Below are positions 1-11,942 of a stretch of DNA of 64,000 bases, one piece after another. The position numbers were made by a program, and so were the translations under genes. A model generated the notes under the pieces. The model did no database searches. It had not been told where the DNA came from and saw only the letters and a list, made by a program, of their open reading frames with translations. Numbering within the stretch: the first letter of the stretch is position 1; every line of letters starts with the position of its first letter. Source of the DNA: Octopus sinensis (Eukaryota); assembly GCF_006345805.1 (NCBI RefSeq), contig NC_043001.1, positions 54,994,001-55,058,000 of the forward strand, given 5' to 3'.

Positions 1-109
1 CCTTTCTCAATGCTGCAATTGTTCTTAAGTCAACTGGGAAAAACTAAACATGGCACATCTTCCAACCCTGAAAAACCCGAGTATGCTACAGATACTTATG
101 TTTCTTTAT

Positions 110-1100
110 TAGCCACACAGGGCTGAATACAGAAGGGGACAAATTACAAAGTAGAGCTTTTCTTTTTGAGGAGTAAAAAAGTGGGGTAGGTTTTTGATCA
201 AAAGGGATCGTAAAAAAAAAACGATCAATAGGGATCGTGTATCACAGAAATGTCATGATATAATGTGTAAATGGGGAAACAGATAAGGTTTATCCGTGGA
301 AAGAAAAGCCTACGGAAAAGACCACGGTAACCTCGGTCAATAATGTCACATGTTAACACATTTATTTGCAAGTAAGTAACACTCTATTTAAAATTTTTCC
401 GAGTTCATAGGATTATGCTCAAGGTGGCTTCGTCATTCATACGTGCCATCCTTGCTACATTCACTCAGCTTTCTTTTCTTTTGAAACATTCGCTAGACAA
501 AACCTGCCTCTCTACTCTCACTTTCCTTTTCAAGTGATACTTGAAGAAGTTGATGAGAGATTGACCAGAGAGGAAAGTGTTTGTCTCTTATCCTTTCAGA
601 CGCGTCCACCAGATACATTCTTTCGCCATAGCTACAAGTATGATGAAAATAGCTCTTCCTTCCCGTTTGAAGGAAGGGGGCGTGACGATATTGACGATAG
701 ACTCGGCTGATAAACCAACTCGTCCCACATGTGACAGCAGTCGTTCGACATAAACCCACAGGTCGGAAATGGTTAGACACTGCACGAGTGCGTGCAGAAC
801 GGTTCGTCGCTCTGACCGCATCTCAAGCAGGTCGCCCTCGTGTTTCTCGAGCCGTGTCTGTAGAGCTTATCTCGAACGGGTAGCGCTTCTCGGTAGAACT
901 GCCAGGCCAAGGATCTCTGGAAGTTGTCCATAGGTCCCGGACCGAAAGTCGTCTTGAACAGGCGGGTCAGGTACTCCTCGTCGACGCCCAGGTTCGCCCC
1001 GAGATCGTCGTCGTACCTCCCCTCCACTAATCCCCTATAGAATGCTTTGGTTGTGTTGAAGTCGCTCTAGGTCGACCCGGGACAGCATAGTAGCTTGAGA
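110..1100 (-). mobile_element. Tx1/L1-clade LINE, 5'-truncated 3' end (zf-RVT region plus 3' UTR), frameshifted
   Basis: Minus ORFs 773-1027 (LAWQFYREALPVRDKLYRHG...CLRCGQSDE, a zf-RVT-like CxxC) and 588-821 (IFIILVAMAKECIWWTR) resemble the L1/Tx1 ORF2 C-terminus; homologous to 27760-28300. Confidence 0.75.
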
Positions 1101-1860
1101 GTGATACTTAACTTTGGAGTATTCTACAGACTGATTCGATCTTTACGTTCAATCATAAAAAGAAGTATCGAGATTTAAAGGTCATGAACTTGAAAAAAAA
1201 ACCGTCATCTGTTGTTTCTAGTGTTCAAGAATTTCAATTTCCTGATTGAATTGTTTCTCAATGTTGATGGCTCTGATGATTGAGAAAACCAGTCCTGGCA
1301 ATGCAAAACTTCTTTTGAATTGACACCAGATGAAGCTTCAAATCCTTGTCTTTTGAATGAATTTATTTACAATCAGATAATACTTTAGTATTCAAATTTT
1401 ATAATTTATCTATTTTAGAATTCCTTAAATTCTATGTCGATAATAAAAGAGATCCACTTTTTGAGAAAACACTCATTGAAAGCTTTGGGTTATACGTATA
1501 TCGCCAAGAACATTTACTAGTTAGCTTTAAGAATAAAATCTTGCAAATTAAGACTTATACATCATTAATCTCTTCTCTGAACACAATGAAATAAAGTAAA
1601 ACCAAACTTCTGACGTCACACGGTAACCTGTCTCATTAAATTTGAAATATTATACTCTACGGTGTCTTTGGTATTTCAACACATTTATAAATCTCGTGTG
1701 AAGCAATGCATTATAACATTTTTATGAATGCTACTTCCTGTAATCGTGTGCACACTCATCAATTTGTAAAATTAAAGATTCATTATTTTTCTCGGTACAG
1801 ATGCACCACCTCTGGTTCTTATGTACTTGCCATTTGCTCTTGTACGTTTCCACATTGCCA

Positions 1861-1866
<6 letters not shown>

Positions 1867-1949
<83 letters not shown>
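1867..1949. repeat. Compound (CA)n-(TA)n microsatellite
   Basis: Direct sequence. Confidence 0.95.
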
Positions 1950-1952
<3 letters not shown>

Positions 1953-2386
1953 TTTACAAAAAGGATAAAAATAGTTTACCATCAGAAAGAGAAATTTAGT
2001 GGTGGCTCTCGAACAGAGAGATGATTCATGTTTACTAGTACTAATAAATAACCGTACCTGTGAGAAAAAGGGAGAAAATAGTGAATACTAAGGAAACAGA
2101 GCGGAAGGCAACAAGGGCAAGAAAGTAAGTGAGCAACTGTTAGATTGACGACATAACAAGAACACAGCCAAATTTGGAAAAGATCTGGTTAAAACATATA
2201 CATACGTAGCTACATAATAAAATGTTATAGTTTTCTTGAAGCATTGTATGATATCTAACGTTGCGAGAGAGAGAAAGTTAAACAATGCAAAATGGACTGT
2301 AACATGGGGTAACGAAAATTAAAAGTAAATTACCAGGTAATCTTTGTTTTGTTTCTTTTTATTGTTGTTGCTGTTCTTTTATCTGT

Positions 2387-2420
2387 CCAATATTTCGGGA
2401 CCTAAAAGTCCCTTTATCAG
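2387..2420 (-). ncRNA. Degenerate minimal hammerhead ribozyme core in Penelope pLTR (sense to ORF)
   Basis: Minus strand reads CTGATAA-A-GGGAC-ttttag-GTCCC-GAAA-TATTGG; the consensus is CUGANGA-stemII-GAAA. Confidence 0.55.
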
Positions 2421-3586
2421 CGTTTAAAGAACTTTCATTGGATAATGTTCCAATTACCTCTCTTTGGGATAAGTTTTTTTATTTCGATTGAATTTTTTTA
2501 TTAAGTAGTTTTTGATGGTTATTTCGCTTTGTACGTGAATGACGTCAATTACTAATATAGTATTTCGCGAAATCAATTTTCTTTTTTGTATGAGATGTTT
2601 AGTTTGTGTGCCTGTGGGCGTGTCTTTTATGTCAAGTACTGCGTGCTGAGTTCTAATATTTTATTTATTTGCAGGTTGAGTCTATGTATAAGCAAGGCTT
2701 CCTTAATTCTTAAGTTGCCCACATTTCTATCACTGGCTTTAATGGTAACGGTAATATGTTGGTTGATGTTTCTACATTTGTCAATGTGTTTTTTGAATGA
2801 GGGTGCGCGTGTGTTGAGGTGCTCCTTAATGCGAGTGTGGAATGTTCGAGTCGTGCTGCCAATGTACAACTCCTTACATTTGTTGCATTCAATTCGGTAT
2901 ATCACCTGCGTCCGCTGGCACATACCTGTGTCGCGGATTGGGCGATTAGTTCAGCGAGTATTGATTGTTGTTATCTGCATTGCTTTTTAGGTAGGTATCC
3001 ACGCAGAGAAGGGTCGCAGAGAAGGGCCGAAGAGAAGGGCCGAAGACTGTGTGTCCAGTCTTTCTTTGTGCATAGTTCTACAGATAGCTGTGGTTATGCT
3101 TTCGCGGAAATATGGTAATTTCATGAAGCAGATGTTAGAGGAGGTCTTATGCCTGCAGGGCCTTCGATTCTTAAGTTGATTCCTTGTGGGTGTTGGGTAT
3201 TCGTTCATCTTCAGTACATCTATGAAGTGTGCAGTGTAAGTGATCTGGTCCTCTGTCTTGCTACATTTATCCCGGATATGCGTAAGTTCATTTCTTATGT
3301 ATCCGGTTTTAGCACCAAGAGGAAGACCTGATCTAAAATGCACAAACAGGTCTCTGCTGGCGGTTTTCTTATAGAAGTTGGTGTATAAAGTACCTTCATC
3401 TGTTATTCTAAGTTGGAAGTCTAGCAGAGACAAGGAACCATTTTTATCGGGGTGTTCTGTGGTAAATCGTATGTAGTTATCTGTGTTTGATAATGTCGTA
3501 GACAGAAGACCAGATCATTCACACTGCCCACTTAATAGATGTACTGAAGATGAATGGAACATTATCCAATGAAAGTTCCTTAAACC

Positions 3587-3620
3587 CAGATGAAGGGACT
3601 TTTAGGTCCCGAAAAATTGG
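3587..3620 (+). ncRNA. Degenerate minimal hammerhead ribozyme core in the inverted pLTR copy
   Basis: CAGATGA-A-GGGAC-ttttag-GTCCC-GAAA-AATTGG. Confidence 0.5.
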
Positions 3621-4499
3621 ACAGATAAAAGAACAACAGTAACAACAATAAAAAAAAATACCAGGTAACTTACTTTTAATTTTCATTACTTCATCTTAAA
3701 GTCTATTTTGCATTGTTTAGCCTTCTATCTCTTTCAACGTTACGTAGCTATATATTTGTGTGCATATACGTATGCATATACATACTCGTATAATCATTCA
3801 TTTTTTTTTTATTTACATATGTGAAATTCATGACAGCAATGTATAGATTGTATTAGTAATTTAATAGAGCAATATTAACAAAATATCATGACTCAGAGAA
3901 AAATAAAATTCGGGACAACAGTGCGTATCTCACATTGTCTGGTTTCACGAAATCACTTATAAAGTTTATAAGAAAGAAATTTTTTAAAATTCCCCTACAA
4001 TATTGCGGGCAGATTTAGGCTGGAAAGCATACTCATTTTAAAAGGACTGTAATCAGTTGCATAGATTGGGTTAGGGTTAGGCGAGAGTACGGTCCGACCC
4101 AGGTGAGGTTTTTATAAGGGTGGCACTTTTGGGTGTACTGTGTAAGCCTGTATAGTCTTGGGGGCTCGGAGAGCGCCAAATTCAAGGGCTTCCACAGGCG
4201 GCACACACTCCATCTATGACATTGCTTCTGAGCATCTTTTCAAGATATATATATTATATTAAAGAAAGCTGATTATTAATCAGTTAAGAGTACGCAACTG
4301 TTACTAAAAAAAGCAATTATTAGACTCTATACTATATAGAAAATTCTTAGAAATTCCAATTTACTATATTTTTATAGAACTGTGATTTTCAAGTTTCTTT
4401 TATTAAAGATTTCAACTACACGAATCAATCGGAAAACTAATTTCAATTTTTAGCGAGATAGTCAGCGTTTTTACCGTCTTACATTATATATAGGTTATA

Positions 4500-4691
<192 letters not shown>

Positions 4692-4849
4692 GATTGCCAC
4701 TTCTTTGCGGAAGAAGGCTATCTCTTCAATTAATAAATACTGTCATGAGATCTAGCAAGTCCTGCTTTTGACAAACAAACTCTACTGCAGATCTTACAAA
4801 TATTTTTAAGTAGTTAAGTCCTGTCTACGAAGTGCTCTTTTCAAGGTAG

Positions 4850-6925
4850 ATTGTTAAATTCTTCGTACTTCAAATGTTTCACATCTATTATAGATCATTT
4901 GTTTCCAAACCGATAGATCTTGCGTCATATGATCCCAGTCTTCAACTTTCCCATTAAGAGCCTTAAGGTTGCTTTTGACAGCATTCCTAAAACGTTTCTT
5001 GGGTTTATGTCTCGGACGTTCGCCACGCTGCAACTCCTCGTAAAACAATTGCTTTGGCAACCTGTCATCCTGCATTCTAGCAAGGTACCCAACCCAACAC
5101 ATCTGATTGCATATGAGGATCATTTCAATACTGGTTGTGTTAGCTTGCTGAAGAACAACGGTGTCTGGTGTTAAAGACTTCCATTTGATGTCTAGTATTC
5201 TCCTTAGGCAAGTCTGATGGAGCCTTTCTAAAGCCTTGATGTGGCGCCGATATGTCGTCCAGGTCTCAGAAGACTACAGATGGATCGTTAAAATGCAAGA
5301 TTCATAGATACTAAGCTTGGTTTTGAAGGTGATACCTCTATCAGACCACACACGATTTTCAAGCCTTCCAAATACTCTGCTGGCTTTTTCAGTTCTCAGG
5401 TTTATTTCAGAATCAAGGGATCCATTTCCCTTGGACGAAGATGTCAGGTTCCAAATAAAGTTGGCCTGGTGGCTGAGAGAACCTGATCTTTGTTTTCTTT
5501 AGACTGATGGTAAGTCCAAAAGCAATACAAGCTCTAGAGAAGAGATCCAGTATAGTCTGCATGTCTTCCTCGGTGTGAGCAACGAGAGCTACATCGTCAG
5601 TATAAAGGAGCTCTTGGACAAGAGCCTGGAATGTTTTCGACTTCGCATTAAAGCGTTTAACATCAAAGATCTTACCTGTTGTTCTGAAGCGAATATAGAC
5701 GCCGATATCACAGTCTTGGAAAGTGTGCAAGATGGTTATAGCAAAATATATGGAAAAAAGTGTTGGAGCATCAATATCACTTTGTTTAACTATTACCCCG
5801 TGGGGGAGAATCTCAATCGGAATACCGTCAAGACCTGGTGCTTTCCCAGTATATAATTCTTTGATTGTGTTTTTGATCTCATCTATAGTTGGATGTTCCA
5901 TCATCTCATGAATCCTTTTGGGACAGATTACTGATGACATTTTCATCAATAACTGAAGGATTATAAAAGAGATCAGTGAAGCGATCAGTCCAACGTTTCA
6001 TGATACCATCATGATCCTTGAAGAGAAAGCAGCTGCTTTTAGACTTGAGTGGTACCACAAATAAAGACCGAGGACCAAACACTTGTCCGATCAAGTGATA
6101 TACTGTTTTCAGGTCTTTACTGTTATACGCTCTCTGGATTTTTTCAGAAATATCCGACCACCATTTGTTTTTCATTTGTCGTATCTTTCTTTGGAGTGAT
6201 GATTTTATCCTTTTGAGAGACTGCAGTAACGGCTTTTTATCCTCATCTGGGGCACCGAAGTATCGTTGATGCAACTTATTTTTATCTTCAAGAAGTTTAT
6301 TGATCTGTAGACCATTTTTGTCAAACCAGTCCCGATGTTTTCTGTTTCTGAGACCAAGAACCTCAATTCCAACATTGTAAATAGTAGTCTTAAACTGAGC
6401 CCAAGTTACATCAAATTCCGGTTCTCCAATAGCATTTCTAAGATTCACCTGTACCTTAGAGTCACTTAATTTCAACATATCAATACATCTTGGGACTTTT
6501 ATTCCTCCAGATTTTATTCTACGCATGATGCGGAGTTTCAATTTATCGCGTATTAACATATGGTCAGTCCCACATTCTGCATCTCGCATGACTTGGACAG
6601 TGCAAACATCTGGAAGGTCTCGTTTCCTGGTGATAAGGTAATCAAGAATATGCCCATGTTTGGATTTTGGATGCGTACAGGTAGCTTTATGGATATCCTT
6701 CTGATGAAAAACGGTGTTGCAGATGATAAGATCAAGTTCAGTGCAGAGCTGAAGAAGACAGAGACCATTAGCATTCCTTTTGCCCAAACCACGTCTCCCT
6801 AGTGCATCTCAGGTCTCATAATCGCATCCAGCCCGGGCGTTGAAATTGCAAAGGAGGATCTTATCTGCATTTGGAATCGAAATAATAAACGATCTGAGAC
6901 CCTCATAGAAAGCCATAATAGAATT
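4850..6925 (-). mobile_element. RTE-clade LINE, 5'-truncated, with internal deletions and frameshifts (APE endonuclease, RT, C-terminus)
   Basis: ORF 5906-6787 (NANGLCLLQLC...LDYLITRKRD...CGTDH), 5413-5949 (GKAPGLDGIP, LLYTDDVAL), 4854-5123 (WVGYLARMQDDRLPKQLFYEEL..RPRHKPKKRF). Confidence 0.9.
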
Positions 6926-6929
6926 TAGC

Positions 6930-7440
6930 AGTACCTTGTCGTAGTGTTGCAAGAGCTATGTTAGACAGCTTCTACCTGGTCGAAATCCATGCTGGGTGTC
7001 AGTCAGCAAGTAATTTTCTTCAAGGAACGCGATTAGTTTCTTACACGATTAGTTTCTTGCGATTAGTTCCATGAATTTGCTGGTATGTGATGTCAGAGAA
7101 ATAGGCCTATAATTTTTAGCATAGGCTCTGCTTCCTCCCTTATATACAGGGCATATTATCCCTTCCTTCATTTTGTCTGGGAGCTTATCACTTTCAAGAA
7201 AGCTCTAAAAAAGAAGCTGCAGTCTTTCGGTAGTAGACAGTGCGCCATTTCCTTCTTCTTTGGTGCCTTTCCTTTTGTCCTCCTCGTGGAAGGGAATATT
7301 GTCTTGGGCCCATACAGTTTTGGCAGGGCTCCTGATGTACAAGTAACAGTTTGCACCATCATCACTGTGCCAGCAGTATCCATACAGGTAAAATTTGCAA
7401 ATACTCCTGCTTCTGCCCTTGTAACTCCTGTAGCTTTTGT
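6930..7440 (-). mobile_element. CR1/Jockey-group LINE remnant: RT piece plus putative CCCH zinc-finger ORF1 piece
   Basis: Minus 6950-7030 reads ENYLLTDTQHGFRPGRSCLT*LLQHYDKVL (CR1-type RT motif); minus 7330-7430 reads ICKFYLYGYCWHSDDGANC. Confidence 0.55.
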
Positions 7441-7479
7441 TGTATGTATGTATGTATGAATGAATATATATATATCTAT

Positions 7480-7660
7480 GTGTGTATCTCTTTATGTTTG
7501 TACTTGTCCCCCATCAGATCTTGACAACCGGTATTGGTGTGTTTACGTCCCCGAAACTTAGCGGTCTGGCTAAGGCCATTCAAGGCGGTGCTCCAGCACG
7601 GATGCAGTCAAATGACTGAAGCAAGTAAAAGAATAACAGGAAATATATAAGTAAAAGAAT
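7480..7660 (+). mobile_element. SINE family A, 3' part (internally deleted)
   Basis: ttgacaaccgg...gtttacgtcccc...ggcggtgctccagc...cagtcaaatgactgaa tail. Confidence 0.8.
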
Positions 7661-7666
7661 AAAGGG

Positions 7667-7728
<62 letters not shown>

Positions 7729-7967
7729 GCGAATATAGATTATTGTTTCTCACATGGCTTCTATCTGACTAAGCTGTTTCTTAACCTGCGCCATGTAATA
7801 TTAGTTTCATTATATAAATTTGAAATTATAAGTACATATTTACAACAATATGTATGCTCAGTATTATACAATACAATTTTATATTCATATGCAAATAAAG
7901 AAATCTAAGTCATTATATGCGTATATGTTTATTTGTGTATGATGTGTACATGCACGTATTTTTGTGT

Positions 7968-7968
7968 G

Positions 7969-8034
<66 letters not shown>

Positions 8035-8035
8035 T

Positions 8036-8100
<65 letters not shown>
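7968..8100. repeat. (GATA)n followed by (GA)n microsatellite
   Basis: Direct sequence. Confidence 0.95.
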
Positions 8101-8101
<1 letters not shown>

Positions 8102-8759
8102 TATTTAAGCATTTTTTTCAAGTTCTAATAAGTTTACATTCTCCATATGATGATTATAACGTTATAATGTCACTGACGTTTGTCTGGAAGTTTTGTTTCA
8201 GAAATGTTCGGCCTCTTTCAAAATTTCACATTGATTAGAGTCCAAGGATCTCACCTAAGCATCTAAAGACTAGTGTGTATTTAGAGACATCTTCCTCTTG
8301 TTTTTGGTGTTTGTGGGGATGCTTTATGTACCCCTGAGTTATTAAATACTCTCTGTAAGGTATTGGACTATAACCGAATGATCTTTTTATCGAGCAATTT
8401 CACAACAGTAAACTTATGGATTCCAATATTATGCTTCACTCCTGATATATTTCCCCAGAATAATTTATTGTAATGAATAAAGCAATAAAAAATGATGAAC
8501 ATAAAATAATGGCAACACAGCTTATAATCATACGTATAATCAATTGATTATAGCTGTAAACATGGAGAGTATTTTGATAAAATGTTTCTTGTTATTAAAA
8601 TGTCTGAGCATCTTTACAACAAACCGTAACTCTTCATCGACACCACTACCACCAACGTTGTGTACACATCTCTCGCTCTAATGTAATCCTTCAACGGATA
8701 TCTTCTATTTCATGTTTTGCAGCGGAACTAGACTTCAGCGTATCTATCTATTTGTCTAT

Positions 8760-8790
<31 letters not shown>

Positions 8791-9579
8791 CTGTCTTTCT
8801 TCCTTTCTTACTTGCTTAACCGAGTGTCTCACAACCTATTTATCAGTTGACAAGCCGCAATGTACAAAGTTATAATCAGTTTATTGTCAGTAATTGTCTA
8901 CCAGCAGAATGTTTCGGTAATCGTTTGGCAAGCAGTTTTATAAGACTGAAGCCCAAACAGATTGTTAAGAAGCTTGTAGGTATGTTTTGTCTAAATAATA
9001 ACACGAAAGCAGTGCTTACATTCCACTCTTATTACTGGCGGGCACAAGATTTGTATAGAGAGATTGTTACTACTCTGTGTATGTGTGTGCAAATGTATGT
9101 TTACGTGTCCGTATGTACATACGTGCAAAATTATATATTAAATGAATCTCCGTCGGCTTCGATGATGATTATTCCAGTTGTTAGACCAGCTGTACTATTT
9201 ACTCTGTAATAGACTAAAGCGTATACTGATAAGTGAACACTTAACTTACTCCTCAAACGGAACCAGTGGGACATAGTGTGTGGCTAGACTAGCATTTTGG
9301 GTTACAGGAACAGTTCATAAGATAGGTTTCCTCACAGTTTCCCTCTACTACAGGTTCGTTCTCAAAGAAGGGGTCAATCAGAAGCTCTGGTGAAAAGACA
9401 TCTCCTTAGCATAAGATGACAAGATAACAGGCTGTGAGATCGCTTTACAACCGATATTGTTTTGGTTACGTTCCCATTACTTAGCGATAAAATAAATACC
9501 AGACTTTAAAATAAGCACTGGGGTTTATTTGTTCGACTTAACACTACAAAGCAATACCCCAAAAATATTTTTTAACAAG

Positions 9580-10205
9580 CTCACTGGCACTTCTGGCACT
9601 GTTTTCCTATAAATCGCTTGCAGGAAGATGAGTCGCTGCTACCTCTTGTGGTCGAGAGTCCATCATTGACGAGACTAGGGAAGGTCTCAGCACTGAAGAT
9701 GGCAGGGATTTAATCTCCCCGCTAGCGATATAAATAAGAGTGTATTTTGCACCAAGCGCCAATATCAGAGCTTCGCTCATGGTATCTACCACAGTATAGT
9801 TTGTTCTAACTGAACATCCATGTTTAAGTGGGGATAAATATTACTTCTCAGTATTGATACTGCCTCGCTGGCTAATAGCAACCCTAGCGCCTGTTCTGGT
9901 ACTGTTTCCCTATATATCACTAACAGGAAGATGAGTCGCTGCTATCTCCAGCGGTGAAGCTTACATCATTGATAAAACCAAGGATGGTCAAAATCATGTG
10001 ATCTTGTGGTCTTGGCACTGAAGATGGTGGCGATTTATGTCCCCACCAGCGATGTAAACAAGCGTGCATTTTGCACCGAAAGCCAATATGAGAGTTTCTC
10101 TCGTAGTATCTACAGTGCTACAGTTTATTTTAACAGAACATACACGTTTAATAAGTGGAGATAAATATTACCTCTCGATAATAATACTGCCCTCTGTCGC
10201 TAATA
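9580..10205. repeat. Diverged two-unit tandem duplication, unit about 303-320 bp, unknown origin
   Basis: Shared blocks caggaagatgagtcgctgcta (9621 and 9924), gcactgaagatgg, attttgcacc, gccaatat, gtatctac, gataaatattac. Confidence 0.85.
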
Positions 10206-10474
10206 TATATTTCTTACATAAAGTATACCTAATATAATTCCATAATGCTATTGAACCTTCTTATAATTACATCAACAGAAGCAGCTGGCTTAGCTCTCTT
10301 GACACAGGTGGAACCTTTATCAAAATGCATTTATAAATTTTATATCATTATTATCTATTAATAAGTCGGTAATAAGGTAAGTTTAACTTTTATGCATTTG
10401 TATACATGCAAATTGATATATGTTTAGTTGATTATCAGTTAAATTGTGTACTTACAAAGTGCTATTACCTATTG

Positions 10475-10790
10475 GGCAGTGGTTAGGATATTTGGTTCAT
10501 ATTGTATGATCGTGAGTTCGATTCCCGGCAGCGCGTTGCGTTCTTGAGTAAGATACTTTATTTCCCGTTGCTCAAATCCACTCAGCTGGCAAAAAAAGTG
10601 GTACCTGTATTTCAAAGGGCTAGCTTTGTCACATTCTCCTTGAGAACTATATTAAGGGTACGCATGTCTGTAGAGTGCTCATCCACTTTCGCGTTAATCT
10701 TACAGGCAGGCTGTTTCGTTGATAGGATCAACAAAAACATTCATCGTTGTAATCGACAGAGTACCAACCACTTATTGGGTAACTGTTTCG
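10475..10790 (+). mobile_element. tRNA-derived SINE family B
   Basis: A/B-box-like head (gggcagtggtt...gagttcgattccc) and tail cctgtatttcaaaggg...caggctgtttcgttgataggatcaac shared with 25655-25985. Confidence 0.7.
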
Positions 10791-11547
10791 CCGAAAGTTT
10801 TGCTTCAGTAAGAAATTCTTTCAGAATAGTTATGACTGGAGGCTTAAGTGGCGAGAATTTTCAAATTTTCAAGTGTGCAGCGATTGCATAATAATGTGTT
10901 TTAAGTATAGGATTGAGCTCTGGATAAAATATTTACTTTTTAGTTACTCGTATAAGTAAAACTTCCTGTATTTCATATTATTGTCACATTTTCGAGCCAT
11001 CTCAGTTGCTTCATTTTCAATCTAAATTGCGATTCATACTCGTTTCTCATATCTTTCATATCATTTTCCAGAAAGTTGAATCGAAAGAAACAGACGTTAC
11101 CATATCTAGACTACTTTTCTGTAAATATGTTATTTTGAAAGTCCAGACTAGTACTTTATTCCAGAATATATGAAGAAACTATGACTGCATATCTTACTAT
11201 GTGATCCCAGTACACTCTTCGCCTCTGCTAGCTGCTTAGGAGTACAGTTTTATTTCTCTCTGTTCAGAATTCTGATAGATTCTGCAAGACTGCATCTAGT
11301 ATCGGATATTTTTGTGTCAGTGCAAAAGATTTTATCTCATTCCCTTGTTCTTTTAGGCTTGAAAGACGAGGTAAACTGCCAGGCAAAAAGTAGACACTTT
11401 CTGGCGTTCTAGAAAACAAGTCCGTTTGAATATTGGAGCTTACTGCATTAATTCTAATCAAATTTGTGTGTACTGCCGTATTGAAAACTGAATTTGGGGG
11501 AGCTTCCCTTATAATAATTTGAAGACCTGATATTTCACCCGACATTC

Positions 11548-11745
11548 TTTTATTTGTTTCAGTCATTTGATTGTGGCCATGCTGGAGCACTGTCTTGAAG
11601 GGTTTTAGTCGAACAAATCGACTCCAGGACTTATTTTGTAAGCCTAGTATTTATTCTATCGTTCTCTTTTGCTGAATCGCTAAGTTACGGGGACGTAAAC
11701 ACACAAACACTGGTTGTCAAGCAGTGATAGGGGACAAACACAAAG

Positions 11746-11784
<39 letters not shown>

Positions 11785-11942
11785 CGACAGGCTTCTTTCA
11801 GTTTCTCTCTACCAAAACTCCTCACAAGGCATTGGTCGGCCCGAGGCTATAGTAGAAGACACCGAAGGTGACTCGCAATGGAACTGAATTAGGAACCATG
11901 TAGTTGGAAGCAGGCTTCTCTCCATACAACCACGCCTGCGCC
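11548..11942 (-). mobile_element. SINE family A, full length
   Basis: tRNA-like head, CORE-like middle, internal (CA)/(TA) tract, cagtcaaatgactgaaac tail. Confidence 0.85.

Larger units (their letters stand above)
2257..3741 (-). mobile_element. Penelope-like element fragment (RT C-terminus plus GIY-YIG endonuclease) flanked by ~190-bp inverted pseudo-LTRs
   Basis: Minus ORF 2987-3433 (LLDFQLRI...LYTNFYKK...FVHFRSGLP) and 2627-2923 (VIYRIECNKCKELYIGSTTRTFHTRIKEH, GIY-YIG); 2257-2451 is the reverse complement of 3556-3741. Confidence 0.85.

Noticed and set aside
1200-1500. Minus-strand KRQGFEASSG / LKKWISF resembling a pogo/Tigger CENP-B HTH; likewise plus-strand KQALSLWINN at about 13640
   Set aside because: Only a few residues match, with stops and frameshifts; too weak to call without a profile search.
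1706-2024. ORFs rich in HT/YI/VC repeats (also 4506-4755, 7885-8121, 61072-61536)
   Set aside because: Translations of (CA)n, (TA)n, (GA)n and (TAT)n microsatellites.
4068-4082. gggttagggttagg telomere-like motif
   Set aside because: Only two units; common inside transposon-derived sequence.
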